Part shown: positions 18,981 through 28,103 of the stretch, one piece after another
How positions within the stretch are numbered: position 1 is the stretch's first letter
How the letters are laid out: each line of letters opens with the position of its first letter
Source of the DNA: an uncultured Gammaproteobacteria bacterium
GTDB taxonomy: Bacteria > Patescibacteriota > Patescibacteriia > 2-01-FULL-39-33
DNA: 64,000 nucleotides
Direction: 5' to 3'
NCBI GenBank assembly: GCA_964558935.1
Contig: CAZLFP010000001.1
Coordinates: 147,260 to 211,259 of the forward strand
The notes under the pieces: generated by a model
What the model was told of the DNA's origin: nothing
The model's database searches: none
The model's input: only the letters and a program-made list of their open reading frames with translations
Translations under genes and position numbers: made by a program

Positions 18981-20116
18981 CTACAGTATTATATAGCCAT
19001 GATGGCAGGGGTATTGGTCATGTTAGTAGAACTGCAGCTTTAGCCATGGGAATTAAACGAATAAAACCTGACGAACAAGTTATTTGCATAACTGGTTATG
19101 AGGGATTTAATGACTTACACCCGAGAAATGACATAGAATGGATAAAGTTGCCGTCATATAAAACCACTGTTACCAAAGGAAAGGTTTGGGCTAAATTATC
19201 ACCCGCCGGATATACCAAAGAAGAATCTGCCAGTATTAGATCACAAATAATATTGGCATCGATTAAAGCGCTAAAACCGGATAATATAATTGTCGAATAT
19301 TTTCCACAGGGCAAAATGCTGGAAATAAGAAAGACCTTGCTTTACTTGGAAAGTAATACGAATTGTAATATATATCTTGGTTTGAGAGGTGTCATAGCCG
19401 ATAAAAATGATGATGGCTATGGCGACATCTTCAACCAAGATAATTATACAATTATTGATAAATACTACAAAAAAGTATTCTGTTATACTGATAGTAACGT
19501 ATTTACTTACAGGAAAGACGAATTCAATAATAATATTCTGAGCAAAATAGTTAATACTGGTTATGTTTCTAGAGCATCAGAAATCGACAAGATAACAGAC
19601 TTAGATAATAAGCCATCATATGATAAATTGGTGGGTTTAGGTTGCAGTGTTAATGCATTTGAAATGATTAAAATGATTATTAATGTTAAGTCAAAATCAT
19701 TTCCAGGTGAGAAGTGGGCCATTTTTTTAGGTACTGCCTTATCAAGAGCTGGAAAAGAAGAGCTTAGAGCCTATTCTAAGGATATTTACAACTTAGATCT
19801 TATCGATTTCAACGATGAATTTTTAGCATATCTAAAATCGGCTAAAGCTATCATTAGTCATGGCGGGTACAATACTATTACTGACACTCTTTTTTTTAGA
19901 AAGCCAACTATATATATAGCAAGAGATGTACCAGAAAAAGATCAAGAGATTCATTTAGAATATTTGAAGACGGCGGGAATAATATCGAATTATTTAACGG
20001 AGACAAATTTAACAGAAGACTTGTTGGAAAATGAAATTAGAAATATGAGCAAGAGAGAAGTATCAACTAACATAGACGGTTCAAGTAATGTGGCGAAAGC
20101 AATTTTTAACTTATAA
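18977..20116 (+). CDS. GT-B glycosyltransferase, MurG/GT28-like (start probably the internal Met overlapping the upstream stop)
   Basis: N-terminal G-rich loop HDGRGIGHVSRTAALA and C-terminal ISHGGYNTITDT resemble MurG/GT28 and UDP-glycosyltransferase donor-binding motifs. Confidence 0.6.
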   Translation: MTTVLYSHDGRGIGHVSRTAALAMGIKRIKPDEQVICITGYEGFNDLHPRNDIEWIKLPSYKTTVTKGKVWAKLSPAGYTKEESASIRSQIILASIKALKPDNIIVEYFPQGKMLEIRKTLLYLESNTNCNIYLGLRGVIADKNDDGYGDIFNQDNYTIIDKYYKKVFCYTDSNVFTYRKDEFNNNILSKIVNTGYVSRASEIDKITDLDNKPSYDKLVGLGCSVNAFEMIKMIINVKSKSFPGEKWAIFLGTALSRAGKEELRAYSKDIYNLDLIDFNDEFLAYLKSAKAIISHGGYNTITDTLFFRKPTIYIARDVPEKDQEIHLEYLKTAGIISNYLTETNLTEDLLENEIRNMSKREVSTNIDGSSNVAKAIFNL

Positions 20117-20186
20117 GAACTGTGTAAATGTGACTAATTTCTGAGATCAATAAAAAACCGTCACATTTGAGACGATTTTTCTATTG

Positions 20187-20257
20187 CTCGGGGACATGGA
20201 TTCGAACCATGGTTACCAGGGCCAGAACCTGGCGTCCTACCACTAGACGATCCCCGA
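20187..20257 (-). tRNA. tRNA-Gln (anticodon CUG), no encoded CCA
   Basis: Reverse complement reads TCGGGGATCGTCTAGTGGTAGGACGCCAGGTTCTGGCCCTGGTAACCATGGTTCGAATCCATGTCCCCGAG. It has a 7-bp acceptor stem, GGTTCGAATCC T-arm and anticodon loop TTCTGGC. Confidence 0.85.
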
Positions 20258-20339
20258 ATACTCAATAACCAACATATCTTGTGTAATTTAACAAAAAAAG
20301 AGCACCTTGTCAATCTACAAGACACCCATCTAAACTGCT

Positions 20340-20660
20340 CTATTCCTTGATGTTGTTGACTAAAACCATAATTTGCTGAGCATGTTTGGCTATGATTTCA
20401 GGATCTCTGAATGACTGAGAAAAATCTTTAAGTTCAGATAGGGCTTTAATGATATCGGCTTTGTTGGGGTTGTCAAAATCAGCTTGAGCTTTGTTAAAAG
20501 CTTTCTTAACAATCTGTTGACAGTAATCTTTGTTTGCCGTCTGGTCTTGATCCAGTCCCACATCTTCGCAATGGGCTTGAAAAAAACATTCCAGTATGGC
20601 GTCCCTGACCATTAAAGGAGTGACAGGCTGATTTGGATCTATTCCAAATACTTTACTCAT
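20340..20660 (-). CDS. hypothetical protein (106 aa)
   Basis: Clean ORF with plausible composition; no motif recognised. Confidence 0.45.
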   Translation of the reverse strand: MSKVFGIDPNQPVTPLMVRDAILECFFQAHCEDVGLDQDQTANKDYCQQIVKKAFNKAQADFDNPNKADIIKALSELKDFSQSFRDPEIIAKHAQQIMVLVNNIKE

Positions 20661-20675
20661 ACACTTATTAAATAT

Positions 20676-22349
20676 TTAAAACATACTGACTACATCTTGC
20701 ACTGCATCGGTTGGTTTGTCGACTTTTATAACCTGTTCAGTTACAGCTGGTTTAGCTAACTTAATCGTCTCATCTTCTTTAACCTCTAACTCTGGAATGC
20801 CTATATCCGTTTTAACCACGCTTTCAATTATCACTTCCGCTTTCACTGTCTCAGAAATGATTTTTTCAACAATCTCTTGATTTTTGTAATCTGTTAATCT
20901 ATCTTGATAAAATTGACTCTTAACGGCAATTTCCAAAGTCTGACCCTTAACTCTCACCGGTTGACTAATTTTAAGTAAAGCTGACAAGGTGTAGTTTTTT
21001 TCAAGCAGACGAGCAACAATCTCCGGCCAATGTGCTTTTATCTTTTTAATATCGACTAAATTCTCGGGTTTTAATTTACTTTTTTTAGACAGCATATCCA
21101 CCTTGACTGACTCATCCGCTTTAGCCTGACTAACCTCAGAAAATTTAACCGCCAACTCAACCGGTTGGTTGTCTGTTTTAGATTGTTGTTTTAATATACC
21201 TTCACTGTGACCACTGCCACCACCTTTTGGCGTAAAATCGTCATCCTCTTTGCGACATTTAATATTTTGACTGATTAGAACCACTGTCATTTCCAACGGC
21301 AGCTGAGGAATAACAGCAGTTTTTAAATCCTGACTGGTTTGCATGAATAAGTCCAAATAGTTTAAAATTCGAGTATAATCCAGACGCTCTACCAACTTCA
21401 CAGCTCGGGCCTGAGTAGTTTCATCCAACTCAATACTCAGTGAATCTAGAGCTGGATTAATCTTAAGTAGGAGCAACTTACGTAAGAGTTCAATTAGATT
21501 ATCTGTAAAAATCTGTAAGTCAGTCCCCTCATCTATTAATCGGTTAATCAACTCAACCCCAGCCGTCGTATTGCCGGATAGCAAATAATCCAGTAATTCC
21601 AATATCTGACTGTAATCTGACTTTGGCAAAACCAATTCAGCTTGTTCCAAACTGATCTGGTCGCCTAAGGTTAATATTTTACCAAGCAAACTCTCTGCGT
21701 CTCTAACGCAACCCTCGGATTGAGCAATGATATTTTTCAAAACTTCCGTTTCGACTTGCTTTTTTTCTTGTTTGACTAGATAATCCAACCTTTTTAACAT
21801 ATCCGCTGACGAAATTTTTTTTAAATCAAACCTTTGACAACGAGATATGATGGTAGCCGGTAATTTATGGATTTCAGTTGTACATAGGATAAAGATGGCA
21901 TGAGCCGGTGGTTCTTCCAAAGTTTTTAACAACGCATTGAAAGCTGAAACCGACAACATATGAACCTCATCAATGATAAAAACCTTGTATTTAGATACCC
22001 CGGGCGTAAATCTGGAATTTTCAATAATATTCTCCCGAACATTATCTACTCCGGTATGAGAGGCAGCATCTATTTCAATTACATCAACACTACTATTGGT
22101 GTTTATGGCCAAACAAGATTGACATTGGTTGCATGGCTCACTCTCTTCCTGCTTCCGATTCTGGCAATTAATCGCTTTGGCCATTAAGCGAGCTAAAGTG
22201 GTCTTACCCAAACCTCTGGGACCGCAAAACAAATAAGCATGACCGATCTGCTGACGCTCAATTTCATTTTGCAAAGTTATTTTAATATGATTCTGACCAA
22301 TGACCTGTTGAAAGGTTTGCGGTCGGTATCTGCGGTAGAGGGCTGACAT
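20676..22349 (-). CDS. dnaX: DNA polymerase III subunit gamma/tau (DnaX)
   Basis: YRPQTFQQVIGQ, Walker A GPRGLGKTT and a Zn-binding CQNRKQEESEPCNQCQSC. Start placed at MSALYRRYRP; TATAAT lies immediately upstream, suggesting a leaderless mRNA. Confidence 0.9.
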   Translation of the reverse strand: MSALYRRYRPQTFQQVIGQNHIKITLQNEIERQQIGHAYLFCGPRGLGKTTLARLMAKAINCQNRKQEESEPCNQCQSCLAINTNSSVDVIEIDAASHTGVDNVRENIIENSRFTPGVSKYKVFIIDEVHMLSVSAFNALLKTLEEPPAHAIFILCTTEIHKLPATIISRCQRFDLKKISSADMLKRLDYLVKQEKKQVETEVLKNIIAQSEGCVRDAESLLGKILTLGDQISLEQAELVLPKSDYSQILELLDYLLSGNTTAGVELINRLIDEGTDLQIFTDNLIELLRKLLLLKINPALDSLSIELDETTQARAVKLVERLDYTRILNYLDLFMQTSQDLKTAVIPQLPLEMTVVLISQNIKCRKEDDDFTPKGGGSGHSEGILKQQSKTDNQPVELAVKFSEVSQAKADESVKVDMLSKKSKLKPENLVDIKKIKAHWPEIVARLLEKNYTLSALLKISQPVRVKGQTLEIAVKSQFYQDRLTDYKNQEIVEKIISETVKAEVIIESVVKTDIGIPELEVKEDETIKLAKPAVTEQVIKVDKPTDAVQDVVSMF

Positions 22350-22395
22350 ATATGCATTATAATCCAAGAAGAACAAACAAGCAAATTATGAGAAA

Positions 22396-22421
22396 AGCTG
22401 CTTCAAAACGATCTGAAGCAG
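22396..22421 (-). terminator. intrinsic terminator after the 75-aa small gene
   Basis: Perfect 10-bp inverted repeat agctgcttca-N6-tgaagcagct followed on the minus strand by TTTTCTCATAATTT. Confidence 0.6.
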
Positions 22422-22468
22422 CTGATTTTGGGCCAAATCGATGTTGGCCTCCAATAAGGCAGTCCATG

Positions 22469-22696
22469 CTAAACCTCTTGTATGCTGTCTGCCGCCTTCT
22501 GCCACATAGGCAAAGACGTCGCCATGTTTGTCCCTATCACTTGTAGCCAAACGACACCGGGTGCAGCCGGATTGGGTATTTCTTTGACTTGAAACACTCC
22601 ATTCGGTTTTAGGAAATCCCTTTGCCAGGGTTCCTGGTTTGGATTGACAATCACCTCGAGTTCCTGCTTAAGTCTGATTCGATACAGCTTAGCCAT
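22469..22696 (-). CDS. small GC-rich protein (75 aa), unknown function
   Basis: Strong SD GGAGGTG lies 6 nt before the ATG. The ORF MAKLYRIRLKQELEVIV... has its own terminator. The track ORF starts 3 codons earlier at a GTG with no spacer. Confidence 0.45.
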   Translation of the reverse strand: MAKLYRIRLKQELEVIVNPNQEPWQRDFLKPNGVFQVKEIPNPAAPGVVWLQVIGTNMATSLPMWQKAADSIQEV

Positions 22697-22770
22697 GACT
22701 TTCACCTCCTCTCAGGCTCTGAGTTGAGTTTGGACACAATGTATCTAAAAAAAGAGACATACTTGCCTCT

Positions 22771-25320
22771 TTAGTTAGAACTGAGATTAGTCTTACGGTC
22801 GACAGGTGCAACCGGATTTCCTCCCAACTGTCCAATCTTGGAGCGCTCAACAATCTGCTGAATGACGTCTCGTCTGGATTGGCCGTATTTTAATCTGGAC
22901 ATTTCTTTGACTGCCGGAATAATGGCGGGGTCGGCAGTATCCGGAAGAGGAAAAGTGTGCATATTGAAAGTATCTGAGGCTGTATTATCTATTAACAGTC
23001 TAATATAAGCGTTAAATTTGTCAATATTCATAACGTCATACTCATTGACTTTTGGCGCTAACTGCTTAGCGATCGTCTCAGCATCATCCACTCCGATTCG
23101 AAAAGAAACAACCGTACCCACATTGCCGAAAATGGCATCTTTAACCTTGGAATCACCACCTTGGGTCAATTGAGCAATATACTGATGAGCCATAATGAGA
23201 TTTAAACGGTATTTTCTGGCTTCAGCCAAAATAATTGAGATACTGTCGGTAATGAAGTTCTGAAACTCATCGATGTAGAGGTAGAAATCATTCCTTTGGT
23301 CTTCAGGTAAATCTGCTCTACCCAAAGCGGCCATTTGCAGTTTGGACACGGCAATTAAACCCAGCAAATTACTATTGGTCTCACCCACTTTACCTTTGGA
23401 TAAGTTCATCAGCAGAATCTTCTTCTCATCCATGACTTTGCGAAAACTAAAACCTGATTTCGGCTGACCAATAATATTCCTCATCAACTCATTTTCCACA
23501 AAACGACCGGTCTTGGAAATCACATAGGATAACATATCTGAAGCCGTACTGCCTTTTTGTGAAGCTTTATATTCTCTTTCCCAAAAATCTCTGACCAACA
23601 AATCTTTAACATGCCTTAATTTTTTGCGACGGTAAATATCGTCCGTAAAAATTCTGGGTAATTCAACCAAAGTACCGGGATCATTGGTATCCGCCATGAG
23701 CGCCAATAAAGCATTACGCATATAATGCTCAAACATCGGTCCGGCCATAGCCGGATCCGGCAATAATTTGTAGAAGATATTAATCATTTCTTGTGCCGCA
23801 AAATCCATTTCATGAGGAGATTTGGCTTCCAACATATTCAAGCCAATCGGTCGTTCCAAATCCGAAGGATCAAATAAAATAACATCATCCAATCTGTCTT
23901 TGGGAATGTGCGGCAAAATATCTTCAACTAAAGAACCATGGGGATCAACCACGCACACGCCTTTGCCGGCCTGAATATCCTGTATGACCAAACTGGCTGT
24001 TAACCAAGATTTACCCGTACCTGTCATGCCAATAATATACATATGACGTCGACGGTCATTATCTTTAATCCTAACTAAAGTTTTTTCTCCTCGATAAAAA
24101 TTCTCTCCCAACAACAAGCCTTCTTCCGGCATATCCACGGGTGGGGGCAGTTTGCGAGATTGCAGCCAGCGAATATTCGGTACTTCCGTACCTGGTATGG
24201 GTAAATGCCATAACGATGTCATTTCTTCGGTATTTAAAACAAAACCCAATTTGTCATCATAGATGCGATAAATGAAATCGGTAATTGTTTTTCTAACAGA
24301 TCCCTTGATGACAGCCCGAAAACCATTGGCATATTCATAATTTGAATACTGAGCAAAAGAATTAATAATGTAATCTAAGTTGTTTTTAGCCTGTTCTTGT
24401 TCCGGAGCAAACGTCACAATTCTGACATTAACATCCATACCGGCTCGAGACGCTTTTTCTTCAATGGATTTAACGGCTTCTTCTTCCATGGGAGAGAGAC
24501 GCTTGGGTTCTTTGGGCTCAGTCGGTTTAACAGAAGTGCCCAGCAGACCCTGAGGTCCGAACAACCAAGCAACCGGGCCTGACTTGGCTCCTGACATAGC
24601 TTCTTTCAAGGACTTGCCCTGGTGAACATCAGATGCCACTTTCACTCCCCTTTGACGCCATTCTTTTTTGGCTGACCTCATCACTACTTGCACAGCAGCC
24701 GCTTGACCATCTGGAATCTTAGATAAACCGGTTAAGAGTGAAGTCAGAGGATCCACTTGCATCTTTTTGTAAGTTAAAATCGGGTACATGCTATGTTTAA
24801 TCAACTGTAAATGCCCGGCAGCAGCTACACCCTTGGGTTTGAAAATGTTGTAATCCGGTACTTGCTCAATCTGGCAGTATGGATATTGAGTTAAAAATTG
24901 TTGACTGATGTAATCTTCCAGATACTCCGGAACGGCAATGTAAAAAGATATTAAATCATCATAGCCTTTGACAATTTCAAATGACCAGTTATCATAACGG
25001 CCGAACAACCAAGTTTTTAAACCTCTCAAGGCTTTCAAGCCTCCCAAATTGGCATAAAAATTTTCAATACCAGATAGAATTTCCTTGGCTTCTTTGTTTT
25101 GGTCACTTTCTTTTAAACTCTGTTTGGGTATGGTTAAACGAAAGACTCTTTTGGAAAAAGTGTTGGGTAAAAAACGTGGGAGTGACAACAGTTTTTTGAT
25201 CACAAACAAAATGGTTAATCCAATAATAAACAAGCTGGCACCAATACCGACAATTAAAACCGCCAGCCAAACATACTCTAAACTTTGACTCACATCTGGT
25301 AATGTATTGAATACCTCCAT
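22771..25320 (-). CDS. membrane-anchored P-loop ATPase of the TraD/TraG/VirD4 (type IV coupling protein, TraG-D_C) superfamily
   Basis: N-terminal TM helix, Walker A IGMTGTGKSW, Walker B region FYLYIDEF, and C-terminal ARKYRLNLIMAHQYIAQL...IFGNVGTVVSFR, which resembles the TraD/TrwB C-terminal motif. Confidence 0.6.
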   Translation of the reverse strand: MEVFNTLPDVSQSLEYVWLAVLIVGIGASLFIIGLTILFVIKKLLSLPRFLPNTFSKRVFRLTIPKQSLKESDQNKEAKEILSGIENFYANLGGLKALRGLKTWLFGRYDNWSFEIVKGYDDLISFYIAVPEYLEDYISQQFLTQYPYCQIEQVPDYNIFKPKGVAAAGHLQLIKHSMYPILTYKKMQVDPLTSLLTGLSKIPDGQAAAVQVVMRSAKKEWRQRGVKVASDVHQGKSLKEAMSGAKSGPVAWLFGPQGLLGTSVKPTEPKEPKRLSPMEEEAVKSIEEKASRAGMDVNVRIVTFAPEQEQAKNNLDYIINSFAQYSNYEYANGFRAVIKGSVRKTITDFIYRIYDDKLGFVLNTEEMTSLWHLPIPGTEVPNIRWLQSRKLPPPVDMPEEGLLLGENFYRGEKTLVRIKDNDRRRHMYIIGMTGTGKSWLTASLVIQDIQAGKGVCVVDPHGSLVEDILPHIPKDRLDDVILFDPSDLERPIGLNMLEAKSPHEMDFAAQEMINIFYKLLPDPAMAGPMFEHYMRNALLALMADTNDPGTLVELPRIFTDDIYRRKKLRHVKDLLVRDFWEREYKASQKGSTASDMLSYVISKTGRFVENELMRNIIGQPKSGFSFRKVMDEKKILLMNLSKGKVGETNSNLLGLIAVSKLQMAALGRADLPEDQRNDFYLYIDEFQNFITDSISIILAEARKYRLNLIMAHQYIAQLTQGGDSKVKDAIFGNVGTVVSFRIGVDDAETIAKQLAPKVNEYDVMNIDKFNAYIRLLIDNTASDTFNMHTFPLPDTADPAIIPAVKEMSRLKYGQSRRDVIQQIVERSKIGQLGGNPVAPVDRKTNLSSN

Positions 25321-25478
25321 ATTATTTTACCAATTTATTGTCTTCTTTTTTGGGTTTAAACTTCAAAATAATCTCGTCGGCTTTGTTTTTAGCCGTTTTT
25401 TCAATAAAAAACTCGTTGACAGGTGCTACCTGTAACCAGCTTTTGATTAACTGTATTAAATCGCTATGCTTAAACATC

Positions 25479-25829
25479 TTATTTAGATAATAAATCTAAA
25501 ATCTTTCTGGCAGTTTCTTCGCCTTTTATCTTAAATTGCATTTGCTGATTAGGGGTTAAGGAAGCAAACAAATCCTCTAGACCGGCTGACAAAATATCTT
25601 CAATTTGTTTCAATGTGTCATTTTTTTCCTTAACTTCAGCTTGTGTTTCAATTGTTGACTTCTTGTCCAAAAACTTAAGCACTTCAGCCTGGATTGCAGC
25701 AGTTGGCACCTCTTCCGGGGATGGAGCTGGCGCATATTCCTGGCCAGGCCTTTCTGGCTTAGCCACTGGTTTGACCTCAGCACCAAAACCAACATGAGGC
25801 GATTTTTCAATTGAGATATCCTCAGGCAT
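25479..25829 (-). CDS. hypothetical Pro/Ala/Glu-rich small protein
   Basis: ORF with a TGGTATAAT box about 20 nt upstream of the ATG; no known motif. Confidence 0.4.
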   Translation of the reverse strand: MPEDISIEKSPHVGFGAEVKPVAKPERPGQEYAPAPSPEEVPTAAIQAEVLKFLDKKSTIETQAEVKEKNDTLKQIEDILSAGLEDLFASLTPNQQMQFKIKGEETARKILDLLSK

Positions 25830-25907
25830 ATTTAATTCATTTATTTATTTCATTATACCACATTTTTTTCTTTTGTGTTATAATATACTAAAAGATAAAA
25901 AGTTTTC

Positions 25908-26849
25908 ATGACTAAAAACATTGTGACAGTCAAATCAGCTAAGAAAAATCTGACTTGGGTTAATATTGTCAATGCTCAAAAGGACGAAATAGATTACTTA
26001 CGACGCAAATTCAAATTCAATGATTTAGACTTGGAAGACTCATACGCCAAAGCCTATTCACAAAGGCCCAAATTTAATCTCCGCAGTAATTATTGCTTTC
26101 TTATCCTGCAGTTTCCGGTGTATGACCGCATGACAAAATCCATTAAACCAGAGGAAATAGACTTCTTCATTTCCAAGAACCAAATCATTACCATCCATAA
26201 CAGCAAATTAAAACCACTGGCTGAACTTTTTAATCTTTGCGCCAGTGATGAATTCTACCGCAGTCAGTATTTAAACGACAACAATGCAGCATTACTCTAT
26301 GAGATTATTATTCGTCTCCAGGAATATTGCTATCCGCTTCTGGATAGGTTAAGTATTGACATTAAAAGCATAGAAAGGAATATCTTTGCCGGCTATGAAC
26401 GCAGAATGGTGACAGAAATCCTGTATGTTAAAAGAAATCTGCTTAATTTTAGAAAAATAATGGAAGCTCATCGCAATGTAATACTTAAAATCAGTCGAGA
26501 TAAAGTCAAATTTTTACCGGTTAATAAGCTAAAAATCTACTACAACGAGCTTTTGGAGCATACTAAAAATATTTGGGAAATTCTAGAAGGTCAAAAAGAA
26601 ATGATTGAAGCGATTGAAAATACCAATACCACACTCGTTTCCTTCAAATTGAATGATGTGATGCGCATTCTAACGATCTTTTCAGTAATTGTTTTCCCAT
26701 TAACCTTAGTGGCTGCCATTTTTGGCATGAATACCACAGACAGCATGCCTTTTGTGAATAATCCATATGGTTTTTGGATAATAATGGCCATTATGCTGGT
26801 GGCTACTTTTTTTATGTTTCTGTTCTTCAAGAAAAAAAAATGGTTATAG
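25908..26849 (+). CDS. corA: CorA-family Mg2+/Co2+ transporter
   Basis: Two C-terminal TM helices with an FGMNTT motif in place of the YGMNF signature, preceded by a soluble N-terminal domain. Extended -10 TGTGTTATAAT upstream. Confidence 0.85.
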   Translation: MTKNIVTVKSAKKNLTWVNIVNAQKDEIDYLRRKFKFNDLDLEDSYAKAYSQRPKFNLRSNYCFLILQFPVYDRMTKSIKPEEIDFFISKNQIITIHNSKLKPLAELFNLCASDEFYRSQYLNDNNAALLYEIIIRLQEYCYPLLDRLSIDIKSIERNIFAGYERRMVTEILYVKRNLLNFRKIMEAHRNVILKISRDKVKFLPVNKLKIYYNELLEHTKNIWEILEGQKEMIEAIENTNTTLVSFKLNDVMRILTIFSVIVFPLTLVAAIFGMNTTDSMPFVNNPYGFWIIMAIMLVATFFMFLFFKKKKWL

Positions 26850-26851
26850 AA

Positions 26852-26875
26852 AACAGCCTTTCAGGCTGTTTTTTG
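26852..26875 (+). terminator. intrinsic terminator of corA
   Basis: aacagcc-tttc-aggctgtt followed by TTTTT. Confidence 0.7.
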
Positions 26876-26933
26876 ATCACAAATGGAAAGGCACATCACT
26901 TTTAGCGATGTGCCGATTGTTTTTCAATTGGCG

Positions 26934-27089
26934 CTACATAACGTGAATGCACGTTCCAGGCTCTTCCCGGAACATGATCACAGTGCAGTCCATAATCAGT
27001 TCTCGAAAGACTTTGAGAGCTTTCATGAAGCTATCAAAAGTACCTTCGAACTCAACCAACTCTGCATCATACCCCTTGACCGTGTACAT
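26934..27089 (-). CDS. small ORF (51 aa) with consensus SD, unknown function
   Basis: GGAGGT lies 7 nt upstream of the ATG (MYTVKGYDAELVEFEGTFDSFMKALKVFRELIMDCTVIMFREEPGTCIHVM). A hairpin ggcacatcact-ttt-agcgatgtgcc (26890-26914) lies downstream. Confidence 0.3.
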   Translation of the reverse strand: MYTVKGYDAELVEFEGTFDSFMKALKVFRELIMDCTVIMFREEPGTCIHVM

Positions 27090-27155
27090 TTTATACCTCC
27101 GTCGTTGTGATAAATGTTTTCTGAACTAAACACTTTATGTATTATATCATATTTA

Positions 27156-28103
27156 TTATATTTTGTCAATATTAGCTACAATAACCTTAATATCCTGTAT
27201 TTTTTCAACTTTAACTAGCTCAGATCTTAATGTCTTAGCTCCCGGAAAGCCTGAGACATACCACAGCAGATGTTTTCTAAGTTCTACCAAACCATGACTT
27301 CCCTTAGCCTTAAAAGCTAACTTAGCATGTTCTAGGATAACTTTCTTTAGCATTTGTTTATTCATATCTTCAAAACTATCTTTCTTTAAATAGTCTTTTA
27401 TTTGTTTAAACAGATATGGCTTACCGTATACTCCTCTTGCTAAACCAATCCCATCTACACCTGTCTCTAGCATTTTTTTAGCATCTTCTGGTGACTTGAT
27501 TCCCCCATTGCCTAATACAATGCCATTGAACTTTTCTTTCACTTGCTTAATCATGTCATAATCTATGGGGCTGGTAAAAGGATTTTTAAAATATCTACCG
27601 TGTATCATTAAGGTGGAAACATCTAAATCCTTTATCTTATCTACAAAATCCAAAGCTGTTACCGTATCTATACCGGCTCTAATTTTAACAGACACCGGTA
27701 ACTTAGTGCCTTGAAGTACAGATTCGATGATCCGATAACAGTTATCTAAATCCCTCATCAGAGTAACTCCTCCACCATGAGCCACCACTTTTTTAGCCGG
27801 ACATCCAAAATTAATGTCTAGACCATCAAAACCATGCTTGGTGACTACTTGTGCTGCTTTTGTAAAAACTTCTGGTTTTTTTCCAAATAATTGGACTACG
27901 ACCGGTTTTTCTTTTTTAGAAAACTGAAGTAGTTCTAAGGTTTTCTTAGAATCATAATACAATCCATCTGCCGAGACCATTTCAGTATATACCACATCTG
28001 CTCCATACTGACGACACAGTTCACGAAAAGCAGAATCAGTTACGCCCGCCATAGGGGCGAGCGCTAAGATGGGCTGTTTAATTTTATGCCAGAAGTTTTT
28101 CAT
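27156..28103 (-). CDS. dus: tRNA-dihydrouridine synthase (Dus family)
   Basis: LALAPMAGVTD, FMN-binding TIM-barrel motifs and catalytic GCPA..V. Confidence 0.85.
   Translation of the reverse strand: MKNFWHKIKQPILALAPMAGVTDSAFRELCRQYGADVVYTEMVSADGLYYDSKKTLELLQFSKKEKPVVVQLFGKKPEVFTKAAQVVTKHGFDGLDINFGCPAKKVVAHGGGVTLMRDLDNCYRIIESVLQGTKLPVSVKIRAGIDTVTALDFVDKIKDLDVSTLMIHGRYFKNPFTSPIDYDMIKQVKEKFNGIVLGNGGIKSPEDAKKMLETGVDGIGLARGVYGKPYLFKQIKDYLKKDSFEDMNKQMLKKVILEHAKLAFKAKGSHGLVELRKHLLWYVSGFPGAKTLRSELVKVEKIQDIKVIVANIDKI

Noticed and set aside
20117-20186. 9-bp inverted repeat aaatgtgac...gtcacattt (20-nt loop) between the last glycosyltransferase gene and tRNA-Gln as a possible att site or terminator
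   Set aside because: The loop is too long for a good intrinsic terminator and no matching direct repeat was found at the other island border (12.6-12.9 kb). Left as unassigned.
26883-27129. Two overlapping + strand track ORFs (75 and 60 aa) downstream of corA
   Set aside because: They start inside or after the corA terminator with no SD. The opposite-strand 51-aa ORF has a consensus SD and its own terminator.
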